Shown: positions 35,650-48,625 of the stretch, piece after piece
How positions within the stretch are numbered: position 1 is the first letter of the stretch
How the letters are laid out: each line of letters opens with the position of its first letter
Assembly: GCF_006345805.1 (NCBI RefSeq)
Contig: NC_042999.1
Location: 100,502,001-100,566,000 of the forward strand
Origin: Octopus sinensis
Lineage: Eukaryota
Length of the DNA: 64,000 nt
Direction: 5' to 3'
Made by a program: the position numbers and the translations under genes
The notes under the pieces: generated by a model
Databases searched by the model: none
Told to the model about the DNA's origin: nothing
Seen by the model: only the letters and a program-made list of their open reading frames with translations

Positions 35650-36892
35650 CACTGATACTCTGGCTACTTAAATCATTCTGATTTTAAGTAGCTAAAGTAT
35701 ATTGGTTGTATATTATTTATTCATACTTTACATAAGAAACTGTAGAAATATTTTTTTACTTTTACAAAAAAAATATGAAACAAATGTTTTCTAATTCTAC
35801 ATAAAGCTATATTTAATCTCTGTAAGTCTGTCACTGCCTACATCTCAAACCAAGGCACAGCTCTTAGCAGAGCTGTACATTTGAAAACAGGGATCAATGG
35901 TGAGTGGCTGTTGATGGTTTGCTAATGAAAATATCTACTTTTACTTGAGTGTTGTTAAATATAGCAGCCTGCTTGTAATGCAACTTAAATCATTTAACAC
36001 ATATCATATGAGATTTATGTGGCAGTTTTACATGTTTAGATAATTGTTTACAAAATTTCAAAATTGCACAGTATCATTCTTGGTCAAATATTGTTGGTAA
36101 CTTGGGTATTAACCCCCCAAACAATCTTTACATACATGTGACAGATAACCATGTTTATTGCATTTTCAACTTCTTTTATTGACACTTACCTCAGTATTTA
36201 TGGAGTTGATTTAGAAACATCAACCTCCTTGATAGGGAACACTAATTTATTGCAAGTTTTATATTCTAGGATAACACTTGTCAATTCTACATTCCTCTCT
36301 GTCTAGAGCAATAAGCTGTGCATCAGCCATACAATAAGCTGTCCATCATAAAGCTGATTGACAGTAAACTAAATCACCTTCAAATTACAGTCCACCTTGG
36401 GAAAAAATTGACATTTTATAGTAGCCATAATAATCCTAAAATGATGAGGTGGTCATGGCTGAAATGCTTCATCAGGCTGACCGGGACCTAAATAGCAACT
36501 AATACATAGCTATGTAACTCACTATGCTTTTGTTGAGTACACTGCATATCAGTGACAAGATATGAACTGTTGAGCTTTGAATTAATTATTTCATTACTTT
36601 AAAATATTAAATATATTCTTGTAATGTCTTAGTTGAAATATAGACATTCATCAAACACTTCACATAATCTTTTCTAAACAAATATATTTTTTAAATATCA
36701 AATTCACATTTTTTACTTCATCATAAAATATTTTTTTAAATCAAATTCTAGAAAACATTTGACAAATTTGCAATCTTTGCTTATCAGCAGCATATCACAG
36801 CTAATAATTAACACCCTTTGTGATGCTAATTATTAGTTAAATATATTTTGTAAATAGATTTTTTTTAAATCCATTTTTATATATCCTGAATA

Positions 36893-38476
36893 CACTGTAC
36901 AACAAATTTCAAGGTCAAGAAAAAAAAACATAGTTCTCATGTACATTTTATTATGAAGGTGATTGTGCTAAGTTCAAATTTTATAACAAAAATCTCCATT
37001 CATGTCACATTTTCTTGTAAATTACCAACTTAATAACTATGCAATTTATACCAATTTCTATGATACCATAAATTTATTTTGCCCCCAAAGTCAGATTAAA
37101 TATGTCCATTGTAATTACTTCATAAGCATTATATAATGTATTAACCTACATTTTAGTATTTACATCTTTGTTTATAAGACATCTTATGTGTCACGCTTCA
37201 GATTCCAGCAGAAGTCAGCCAGCATAGCTGGGCTCCATTTTCCCTTATACCTGTTTTCCATTGATGCTATATCTTGATGGAACTTCTCTCCGTGTTCATC
37301 ACTCACATCTCCTGTATCCTCTGGGAAGAAGGACAGATGAGAATGAAGAAAGTGTATCTTCAGTGACATATTGCATCTGAGATCTTGGTAGCACTTGATT
37401 ATGCTCTCCACTATACTCACTCACTGGGTCACTTGGTGCTTTCCCAGAAGTCCTTTGCATACATCTTTGAATGCATGCCAGGCCGCTAGCTCAGTTTTAT
37501 CTATTGTCACCTTCAAGTCCTCATCAGCTATAAGTTGACAAATCTGAGGACCTATGAATATGCCTCCTTTAATCTTGGCATCACTTATTTTAGGGAAGAT
37601 CACCTCAAGGTACTGGAAACATGACTTGTTATATTGCTGTGCTTTAGTAAATTGCTTCATTAGGCCTAATTTTATATGCAGTGGTGGCAAAATGATTTTA
37701 ATTAGTGGGTCATGACATTCAGGTGTCATAGTTTCCCAAGGTGGCCATTCTGAGCATAATGTTCTGATCTAGCCCTACCGTCCCACTTGCAAAGGAAACA
37801 AACTTGATGTATCCAGTTTGTAGCCCATTAAATAGGGCTACTACAGTCAAGTCTGCACAAATTAGCCACTCATGCTCCTTGTAACTTATGTGGTCTAGAA
37901 TAAAAGTGAGGTTCTCATATGTTTCTCTTGAAATGACCGAGTGAACTATCGGAACTGAAGGCATGGTGTTCCCAATGTGCAAAAGAACTGCTTTTATGCT
38001 GTAAAAGATGCATCTGTGAATAACCTCCACTCATTTGGTTCACAGGTCAGCTCAAGGGCATTGAATAGGTCTGATATCGTTATAATAAGTCAAGTTGTTT
38101 TCCAAAGTGAAGAATTGCTATAGACCTGCAGAACACTTCCCAAATATCGTAATTTTGAGCATCTTTATCCAACGGGTTCCATTGTTGCAGACATGAGGCC
38201 AGGATTGCTTACTATTGCTTAGTAAGTATTAAATCACAAACTAGATCATTGAGTTCAGGTTGAGTAATGAGGTGTGGTTTCTTGTCAAATTTACCACAGA
38301 TTTGGACCCATATAACTATAAAAATATGGAGTGTACTTTTATAATTTTCATAGGTTAGGTTGACAAATACCTTTGGAACACACCACTAAAATTATATCAA
38401 AATCTGTTCATAACTTTTAAAGTTGTCAGTTTCAGCCCAGTCCTGTTTGCACTCAATTCCTATGGAACCATCAGTG
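36893..38476 (-). mobile_element. Decayed DNA transposon, CMC/Chapaev3-like
   Basis: Fragments KAVLLHIGN..PSVP, LPPLHIKLGLMKQF, KIKGGIFIGPQI, CNMSLKIHFLHSHLSFFPE..GDVSDEHGEKFHQDI..ME.RY.GKW; CACTG at 36893 and CAGTG ending at 38476 as candidate termini. The family assignment is from memory of these motifs. Confidence 0.7.
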
Positions 38477-41138
38477 TATTTAACATAAAATGGTAATTTA
38501 CAAGAATCTGGAGGGTCACAAGAAGAAATGGATGTTAGATTTGTGATCTACACACAAAATATCCCTAGAAAAGATTTTTCTCATTTCCGGTTTTTTTTGT
38601 TTTTTTTTTGCATTGTTATACAATGATATCGAAGACTTATCATATTTGCTCTTCAAATTAAAATATTTGTAACATTTTTGGATTGAGTTATAAAGGTACT
38701 TTACATTTTATATTTTTTTTGAAAAGAACATTTTAGAGGAATATTGTAGCATCTATAATAATTTCTTTTTTGTTTATAAGTTTATTACTTCTGTTGCTAA
38801 TTACATTATAAATGAATAGCCTGTATTATCAAATGATATTGAAGCTGTTTGAGTTGATTAAATGTTGTAATTATTCTTAAATGTCTCAATTTTTCCATAA
38901 ACTAATTCCACTGCATTTAAAGCCATTGTTCTGAACTTAAGTTTTGCAGTAATTAAAATTGGAAATAAAGTTATTTTATTAATTAACTGGACAATGGGGT
39001 TTTATCAAATTAATAGCTGAAGTTCATATATTTTGATAATCTTAATATTTTTCATCATATACAAGAAGTTAAACATTTAGAATATTTTTCATTTGCTTCA
39101 TTGTGTAACTTGCATATTTATTGAAACAGTTAGCTTGTGGGCCTTCTGAAATTCATGTTTCATCACACATTAAATGTTTTTATACCTGAAACTCCAATCT
39201 TGTTTGAGAAGTAAACATCTTAAAAGTCATAATTATAGACTTGTTATTATTGTCATGTTTATTTTCAGTGCAGTCAATGTGAGTTATGAGCTTTGATAAG
39301 CTTAGAAGTTACTTTGTCTTTCCTTAACTACAGGAGTTACGTAACCAAGCTGTATTGGTAAGCTGTATGTTTAAAATATTTCCCTCAGATTAGTGTTTGA
39401 CCAACATGACCAATAAGAGAAACAAACAATCCAATATTCTTTTCTTGGTTTCAATCACTGGACAAATTTGAGAGAGTCACTTTTCCAGAATTTTCACTCA
39501 GTCATATCAACCCTATTTATTTCAGTGTGGTACTTAATACATCAATTGCTATTTTACCAAACTGCTAAGTTACAAAATACAAACAAAACTGATTTTGTTT
39601 TTGATCAGTTTAAATATAAACACATGCAAAACAGATGGGTTTTTACACAGTTTCTATCAACCACATTCCACTCAAAGTATTGGTAAATCAAGGTGTTACA
39701 CAGTGGAACCAAATTTGTTACAAAGCACCTTGATTTACAAAAGCAAACCAAAGCAATTTCAACCAATTGACAATGGTTGTAATGCAGGAATCTCAAATGA
39801 ATTTATGTTCATGCTGTGTGCAAAGGGAAGTGAATGAAAATTTTACTGCACTTTTCACCATTGAGATTGTAAATTTTATTGTATGGGAGACTAACAATTA
39901 TTATAGTCTTTGTGAAAATAAGTACAAAAATTACCCTTAAGAAAAAGATTTGTTTGTTGTCTGTTTGGCACACACATTTATGCAACCCTCTCCTGCTATT
40001 TAAAGGTTATGGGATAAATTCTGAAGGGAAGACAAGCATTGAATCCAACTATTTCATCAAGTCAAATTATTGTTCTGAGTACACACAGTAACAAATAAGA
40101 TATAACAAAATTTTGTTTAAGAGATAGTTGTCAGTACTATAGAAATGTTTTCTTCGCCAATATTTTAATAAAGAATTGAATACTAGAATAATGAATATTT
40201 ACTATCAAAGTTGCATTTATATTTTTTTTTATGAGAAAACAATTTATTTTGAAATTGAGGAGGAAATAGAAAGGAATATAAAATAACAAAACTTTAATTA
40301 AAATAAAGTGCTTCCTAGGATTCCGATATATTGAAGCATAGAAATTATGTTAACTTATTTTTATTCTATTTAAATATTACTTCTCAACCCCCTTGGGCCA
40401 ACTGGTATGAAATTATTACTGATAACAGTTCATGTTATTAGCAATAACTTAATATGAAGTTGCACATTGCTTTTTGAAGTCATTTCAGATTCTACTCAAT
40501 TGAATGACTCTTGTTCCACTAATTATTCCAGCTAGAGGAATCAAAGAATCCCTTCCTTGAAAAACAAATGGTGGGGAGGGACAACAGCAGGAAAAGCATC
40601 TGGTCACACATGCCAGCATAAAAAAAAGTGGAAGTAAAATAAACAAACCAACAAGAAAATAACAATGAATTATTAAATACATATCTTTCACAAATTCTGT
40701 GAAAATAACTAACCTGCATAGGCATTAAAAAGAGTAATAGAATTGTTAATTTAGATAAAAATAAACACATCAAGCATAGAAAAGGCCTTGTAGAAAGGAA
40801 TGTACAATATTTATTATGGCAACATATATATACATACACACTTATTAAAAAGTCATGGACTTTAAAAATAAACAAAAGTCTTTTGACTTCATGTTAAGCT
40901 ATCACAATGACTGCAGGTCTTAAACAGTGTTTCAGACATGCATTAAAAGCTAAAAGTATATATTAGCTTGCATTTATTGGACTGTAAGTTCTAACCGCTT
41001 TATCACCTTAATTCAAAACTATCAGAGTAAAAACTTTCTGAAGTTTTACAATATATCTGAAAGAATGAAAATATTTTTGCATTAAATTCGAAAAAAATCA
41101 TAAAAATAAAATTCTTTAAATTTTTTTTTTTAATTGTT

Positions 41139-41493
41139 TTATGTACAACATTTATTTTCTTTTAAGTGAGTCTGATTTTTAACATCTGATAAATTAACTG
41201 TACTCTTTGAGTGAGTAGGCTTTATGGCTAAGTCTGATGTATAAGGAAGACAGTATTGTAAAATGTATTCAAAAACTTCATCTACATTATATCCTGTACG
41301 ACTTGAAGTCTCAAAATAAGGAGGCTTTTGTAATTTTTCCATTGGTTGGTTTGCATTCATTTCAAGTGCCAGTTTCTCAGCAGCTTCTACTGACACTTGC
41401 CTTGAGCCTGGGGATGTAATGTCATATTTGGTTCCAACTACTATTTTTAAGCAACTATCCTGTGCTGATGAAAGAAGTGGTAGAAAGCGCATC
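41139..41493 (-). CDS. RAB20: Rab20-like GTPase, last coding exon
   Basis: Acceptor ttttcttttcaaag|G; MRFLPLL...KIVVGTKYD (G4)...YFETSSRTGYNVDEVF (G5)...ENKCCT* (CCX prenylation motif). Confidence 0.9.
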
Positions 41494-42113
41494 CTTTGAA
41501 AAGAAAAAAAAAACATTTTTTCAAAAGTGAAACAAGTTAAAGATAATATTACATTAAATGTTATCATAATTATAAAAAGCTAACTAGAAATATATATGCA
41601 ATGAGGTAAAATACAATATTAGTTAATAACTAAAACTTAAATTATTTTAGCAAATACAGAAGACTTCAAACATGTTTTGGTCTTATGTCTTCATCAAAAA
41701 AACAGATTTTACTATATATGCCAAAGTAGTTGAAGATTGTACACTGGTTGGCATAGAAGACTAGAATAACTTAAATATATAATTCAGAGATGTTATTTGC
41801 ATGAAAAACAACAGTCAATTTATAATGCTCAAAACATACATGTATGCATAAATATGCACGCCTGTCAGCTGTATATGCAACTGAATACCCATCTGCACAG
41901 CCATATACATGTATGGGTGCTTACATTGTAGATACCCATGACTGCACATCTGTGTTGGTGTAGCTTCATTTACATAAAAAAAAAAATCAGCTTATTCAAT
42001 AATTTTATGCCTCCTTAAAGTTAAAAACAATTTTATTAAAATACCATAAAGAGAGAAAATAAAATTTCACACCGAAAAAATATCTGAAAGTGTTAGATTA
42101 GAAAAGAACTTAC

Positions 42114-42226
42114 CCAAGAGATTCAAAAGATTTCAGGCAGTTCAAATTAAAGGCGAATATCGCAGCCCCTGCATTACGACAATAGAATGACGAAAGTCCG
42201 GTAAACCTCTCCTCACCAGCAGTATC
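42114..42226 (-). CDS. RAB20: Rab20-like GTPase exon (G3 / switch II)
   Basis: Acceptor ttcttttgctgtag|; DTAGEERFTGLSSFYCRNAGAAIFAFNLNCLKSFESL-G; donor GG|gtaagt, phase 2, compatible with the next exon. Confidence 0.92.
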
Positions 42227-43115
42227 CTACAGCAAAAGAAATCTTCAGTAATCAGCAACACATTTAAAATATTAATGTCTCGTTTAAAAAATTAAACCAA
42301 CACAAATAAAAGATAAACATTTATTCGTAAGAAAAACTGCAGTTTGTTGGCTATACACAAAAGCTTTCAAACATTTATATTCAGAGCACATCACAGAATA
42401 TGGCATTTGTGATTAATTGCATGAGATTTAGTTACACTGAAGTAATTTATCTGCTTGACGCAACAAAAAAGTTATCTCCCTTGAAAAATTTTCGTTGCGT
42501 CTTGCAACCTTTTCTGAAAAGATTGCTAATAAACCATCAGTCTACTTGTTAGTATGCAATAATTCTAAATAGCCCCTATCTCTTCTTGCAAGTAGGAGCA
42601 GAAAATTACAATACTATGACAATACAAAACTCTCTTCCCTTCGCCTATAGCAAAGAGGCCGACAGCAAGCATTCACCTTTGGTAATATTCTATAAGGTTG
42701 TTATGCTTTGCTTGATGAAGATATGCCTTCTGAACAGTTACAAATACTAGAACTGCTAAAATTTTCTGAAGTCGTAAAAGAAATGTAAACTTTACATAAA
42801 GACAATTGATAACATATTGTGAAAGCAGCTTTTCTAAAATAAATGCACAAGTATATCGTTCAGTATTTTTCATTTTATGCATTGTAGTGTAAAGAGCTTT
42901 TAACATTCTACAAGATAAAGGCTAGAAATTTTGAAAATAAAATGAAGTCAGCATTTTTAGTGTAGCAAACTTCAAAGATAACAGTAACTACATTAGATGA
43001 AGATTTTCAACTTGTTATATCACATAAGTGGGACTATACTGTGTTTACAATAAAAGAAGACCAATAGGAATATCTTGGAGTTGACAAAATAATAATAGAT
43101 CAATAATTGATCTAA

Positions 43116-43621
43116 TCTATATATATAAAACTATAGTTGTGTGAGTGTCTGTCTCCTACGATTTAGATTCCTAACTCCTCCCACATTTTGCGGTGCAGTT
43201 TAACCAAATTCGGGTATCTTATAGTCGTGATTAATATCGAGCCCGTCTGGCTATTAGCGCGCGTCTACGATTTTAAAAATAATTTAACATCATTTTTTAT
43301 TCCATTTTAATGCATAATTTTTTGTGTGTCGATGGCGGCGGAGTTGGCATCCACGCTCAAACACCTGCACCTGTGTTTGCTTCTCCCCCTTCTTCCCTCC
43401 CTCGTGAAGCTGTGGGGAAGGGAGTTTAAGGAAATCAACGTCGTAATGCGTTGTCAAGGAGACCAGCGTTCTTTTAGAACAACGACTTCATGGCTTGAAG
43501 ACACCAAAACAGAAATGGCTAAGAAAGCCCGAATTGGCATCTATAAGGGAAGTAACTCTCTAAAAATGCTTATATAGTTATTTCCCTTACAAACCCGAGC
43601 AACGCCGGGCGATACTGCTAG
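43116..43621 (+). mobile_element. Non-autonomous Helitron, long 506-bp variant, in a Rab intron
   Basis: A|TCTATATATATAAAA ... CCCGAGCAACGCCGGG-CGATACTG-CTAG|T; colinear with 882-1180 plus about 220 bp of extra internal sequence; CpGs intact. Confidence 0.9.
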
Positions 43622-44074
43622 TAAGTAATAAAACTGTGTGGAGACAGCTACACTATGTTCAAAAATCACTATCTTCAGTGAATAGAATTTGCATTTAATA
43701 CTGAACTTAGGTGAAGTTATTTGACCCAACTGTAGTGTTGGCTTTATAAGAAGGAAATAGCAATAGTGTTTCAACACTTAGTAACAATGCATTAACCTTT
43801 GCAACAACATATGCAGTTAATAAATCTCAAGATGTTTAGTACTGAATGGAAAGCTGCCAGAAAACATTGAATTCAAACTACATCTATTTTAATTCGTTGC
43901 AGCTGAAAAAAATGATTTTCAGTTTAAAATTTTAAGAGTTCAGAGTTACAACGTCAAAATTTACTAAAATGTACTATGTCGATATATTGCAGTACTGTTT
44001 CATACATAAGTTATTACCATTGTTAACTGATTTGGATACCAAAACTATGACATAAGAGATAACAATCGTAAGAT

Positions 44075-44412
44075 CGTGGCAGTCTGTCGGTTACAACGAC
44101 GAGGGTTCCAGTTGATCCAATTAATGGAGCAGCCTGGTCGTGACATTAAAGTGCAAATGGCTGAGCACTCCACAGACACTTATGCCCTTAACGTAGTTCT
44201 CGGGGAGATTCAGCATGACAGAGGGTGTGACAAGGCTGGCCCTTTGAAATACAGGTACAACAGAAACAGGAAGAAAGAGTGAGAGAAAGTTGTGGTGAAA
44301 GCATACAGCAAGGTTCGCCACCAACCCCTGCTGGAATAAACACTCACAACGCTTGGTCTGGGAATCAAAACCCCAAGTCCCCTGCCCTAACCACTGGGCC
44401 ATTGCGCCTCCA
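44075..44412 (-). mobile_element. SINE family B-related copy
   Basis: Minus-strand head ggaggcgcaatggcccagtggttagggcagggg...ggttttgattcccagacc; body ...gggccagccttgtcac...ctccccgagaactacgttaagg. Confidence 0.7.
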
Positions 44413-44478
44413 ATCATAAGATATAAACAATAGAAACAACCTTTTATGAAACGAATAATGAAACCAAAGTATTCTTAC

Positions 44479-44535
44479 CCAAACAGCAACATTGTAGGGA
44501 CCCCAGTGTTTCATGAAAAAGGAGGCTCCAATAGT
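44479..44535 (-). CDS. RAB20: Rab20-like GTPase 57-nt exon (G2/switch I), absent from the ORF track
   Basis: tttatctttatatag|ACT ATT GGA GCC TCC TTT TTC ATG AAA CAC TGG GGT CCC TAC AAT GTT GCT GTT TGG|gtaaga = TIGASFFMKHWGPYNVAVW, phase 0/0; the short interswitch matches Rab20 (KQWRSYNISIW). Confidence 0.92.
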
Positions 44536-44982
44536 CTATATAAAGATAAAATATATAAATTTTTAAAGAAACAAAGATTTAATAAAATGGCAGTAAAATA
44601 AATACATCTGTTTGATGTATCTATGGGGTACTACAATGGGGCTGAGAACATTGGCCTCGTTAGGTTAGTTATATTGGATACTATAAGGAAGCACACACAT
44701 ACCCATACTAAGGTTCTGAACAAGAAGGGCATCCAATCTTGGAAATATTACTTCAACAAATCTCATTCAAGCCATGACAGCATGGAAAAACATGCCAACA
44801 CAAGGATACAGTTTTTCCTTACAGAAAACACAAAACACGGTGTCATAGCATTGAGAACTCAATCAATAAATGTACTACAAAGTTCAGTCTAATATGGCTT
44901 CCATTAATGAAAAATGAAGTTAATTATTCCTTCAATTGAGAATAATTAACTAGTTGTCTGTGGTAATGTGATATCCTATGTA

Positions 44983-46466
44983 CACCCAGAACCACGCTAA
45001 TAGCTTAGGAGTGAAATTTAGGATTTCCCAGTTTTCTGTGAATCAATTTTAATAAAACTTTTCCCAGCTGGTTTGCACACTATGGCAACATCATTATTCT
45101 GTGTAGCATCCTTTCTTTTTTATTTCAGATTCTTCAGTTTTTGGGTGAATCATGCTAATAGCATCTCTCCTCTCTAAGACCACTGGGATGTGGAAAAGGC
45201 CTTAATGAAGAAGGAAAGCCTGTCTCTTCATGTCATTGCAGAGAAGTCAGGTTGTCATGTGGACATGATTAGACGAGTCCTGAAGGACCCTTTGCCAAGG
45301 AAGGAACAATCTAATTGTGGAATCTCCAAGACTGTGACTAGGGATTTAAGGAATATTGGTCGTAAGTTATGTGGGAAGCCTGCACAAACAAGCAAAGCTA
45401 TTTTCACCACTTCCGGACTTCCTCATGTACTGAAAACCACTGGAAATTGCATCCTCGGGACCATGGCTTCTGTGCCAGAACCCCTGAAACTGCCTCTTTT
45501 AAAACCCCATCACAAAGTTTGAGACTTTAAATGGGCCCAAAAGTACATGACATTAGACATCAGTTGTGTTCTGTTCACTGACGAAATCAGTGCAATCTTT
45601 GACAGACCTGATGGTTGGGTCTATTTTGGAGATGAGCAACACCAATGTTTACGACATCAACAACAGGGTGGAGGAGTCATGTTGTGGGCTGGTCTCATTG
45701 GGGACAGACTTGTTGGCCCAGTCAGGGTACCTGAAGGAGTTAAAGTGACCACAGCCACCTACTGAAATCTCCTGAAGGAGGTCTTGGATCCCTGGCTAGA
45801 TGACTGTCACTTCTAAGGAATCTCATATTCATGCAGGACAACACTCCCACCCACTCTGTTAAGACCACCAAACATTACTAGGGTCTTACAGCATACAGAG
45901 TGAAAGGTTGATGGTGTGGCTGCCAGCGTCTCCAGATCTCAACCTTATCAAAAAATCTTTGGTCCATCATTAAACAAGATGTGTATGCCGATGGATGCCA
46001 ATTTACATCAAAAGATGTCTTATGGGCGACCATCAAAACTGCAGTAGAAGCAGTCCAACCTGCTATTAAGAAATTGACAGATTCCATGACTAATAGGGTT
46101 TTTGGAAGTTATCCATCAAAAGGGAGCTCATGCGGCTAAATAATTCATTATGTCAATAAATGCTATCATATTATTATGGTTTACTGCTAAATATATATAC
46201 TCAATGCATGCTTAATAAGTATCATTACCCTTCTTCATTTTCTGAAAAAAAATTGTCAAGATTAGCTACTTTTATTCAAAAGCTATTAACGTGGTTCACC
46301 CAAAAACTGAAGAATCTGAAATAAAAAAGAAAGGATGGCATACAGAATAATGAAAAGGTGTTGCCATAGTGTGCAAATCAGCTGCGAAAAGTTTTACCAA
46401 AATCAATTCACAGAAAACCGAGAAATCCTAAATGTCACCCCTATGCTATTAGTGTGGTTCTGGGTG
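44983..46466 (+). mobile_element. Full-length decayed Tc1-family element with long (about 180-bp) TIRs
   Basis: TA|CACCCAGAACCAC... and ...GTGGTTCTGGGTG|TA; TIRs about 44983-45163 and 46281-46466; transposase remnants VLFTDE, QQGGGVMLWAG, MQDN, SPDLNL. Confidence 0.92.
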
Positions 46467-46750
46467 TATGTCATGCATGGCACTTCATAACAAATGATGA
46501 CTAAATAACTTAAAATATTGATGCATGTTTTCCAGATCAATTCCACACCCGAGAATTATCATAGACATTACAATCACATTTCTCCCTAATAATCTCCAGA
46601 GAAATATCTAAGATAGACAAGGAAGTAAACTAGGTATATTTATTTTAGCAAGTCACTGATGTTCTAACTATTCCCTCAATGTTTCAATGAACAATAATAT
46701 TATCATTTTAAGGTCCTTTCATTTTCCTAACATAAGGTCCATACCAAAAC

Positions 46751-46787
<37 letters not shown>

Positions 46788-47364
46788 AGTCATCTAAGAA
46801 TCCATAATTCATCAAAAATATAAACTCATATATTTACCAATAGAGTGGACATATTAATCAAAGTATACAATGTCAGAGATCCATTTCAGAAGGATCTTAC
46901 CAGTCAGTTTCACGCTGGGGATTATCTGGGTATTAGATAATAGCACAGTTAAATAATACCCCACGCTCTTCAGAGATGAAAGGTTTGGAAACAAAATGGC
47001 ATATCTCAATGAAGTGCATGTGTGTGGGTGTGTGCACATAAGTTTACCCCAGGTTTTAGAATACACATGCTGCATCCCTACAGGTCACAGGAGACAACTA
47101 AAAGTGTTGGCATTAGTAAGGACATCTAGCTGTAAAACACTGCCTGAAAATATGCCTTTCAACCCGTTCAGGTTTAGGAAAACAAACAAAATGATGAAAT
47201 TCATCATAATTTAATGTCCATGTCCCAAACTGGCATGTGTTGGATGGTTTAACAAGATGTGATGGATCTAAGAACAGCATCGAGCTGCATCTGCTCAGGC
47301 AGAGATTTTATGGCTTGACACCAACCACAATATTTTATACATATATGTATTTGTTTTGCAATAT

Positions 47365-47560
47365 TCATCATCATCATCATCATCATCGTCATTTAGCGTC
47401 CACTTTCCATGCTAGCATGGGTTGGACGGTTCAACTGGGGTCTGTGAAGCCAGAAGGCTGCATCAGGCCCAGTCTGATCTGGCAGTGTTTCTACGGCTGG
47501 ATGCCCTTCCTAATGCCAACCACTCCGTGAGTGTAGTGGGTGCTTTTTACGTGCCACCCG
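47365..47560 (-). mobile_element. RTE 3'-tail fragment with (GAT)n tail
   Basis: Reverse complement of the 16955-17143 tail: ggcacgtaaaaagcacccactacactcacggagtggttggcattaggaagggcatccagc...gctagcatggaaagtggacgctaaatgacgatgatg. Confidence 0.88.
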
Positions 47561-48329
47561 CACAAGATACCAATCTTGATGTGAAATCATATGTTGAAAC
47601 AGATATTGTTATAATTGGGGATGGTCATATTTTTGAAGAGGAAACACATGAGATAAAGAGATGCTGAAGACGTCACAGGATGTTTGATGAAAGGGCTTAC
47701 ACAAAAGACACTAAAACAATAATGATGGTGATGATGATAAAGCTAAAACGAAGACCAAATATACAGTGCACGTGTTTAATTGACAAAAATATGACCATCC
47801 CCAAATATAACAGTGTGCATGTGTGTGTAGGTGCGCAGGCACATGAACTCACATGCATACACATGTCTGTTAACTATTTCCTATTTTAACACAATTTCTT
47901 TCAACAAGTAATCAAGCCTGAGGAGATAGTATGAAAAAGGATATCATTACAAAAAATAAACACCTCTCCAAAATATGTGTGTGTATATACTAAATACACA
48001 CACACATACTCATACACACACAAACACATATACACACACAAACACATATACACACATACATGCATTTAAAACTGTGTACAGTTAAAAGATATTTTCCATG
48101 GGTACCAAATAAATGTACATTTCTGTCACACTTAGAAATACACTATTCTGGCTCATCTATTTAAAATCTCATCAGCATCATCATTCTAAGTTTATTTCTC
48201 ATGCTAGCATCATTTGAACAAGTTGTGACTCCCTTTGTTGGATCAAGGGAGCATATTTTGTCTTGGCTCACACAGCTTTCCAATGACTGTTTGTACTACT
48301 ATATACATAGAAATGAATTCCTAAAACTT

Positions 48330-48625
48330 TATTACATACATTGACCCTAACTCAATATTTACTGCATTCACTGAGCCTGACTTTGATAATACTACATATA
48401 TATATATATTAATCCTGATTCATTGATAATATATACTAAATACATTAATCTTGACTTCTTGATATTAACTACATTCATTGATCCTGCTAATATTCACTAC
48501 ATTCATTGATCTTGATTCTTTAATAATACTAACTGCATATACATGGATCCTGATTCTCTGATACTACAAATACACTATCCTGACTTTCTGATAATACTTA
48601 CTACATATATTGATCCTGACCGATA
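48330..48625. repeat. Degenerate minisatellite (units of about 30-45 bp)
   Basis: Recurring cattgatcctgact/att...gataatactac motif, roughly seven to eight copies. Confidence 0.65.

Noticed and set aside
47660-47700. ctgaagacgtcacaggatgtttgatgaaagggctt as a third hammerhead
   Set aside because: CUGANGA and GAAA are present, but stems I and III and the cleavage triplet cannot be formed convincingly.
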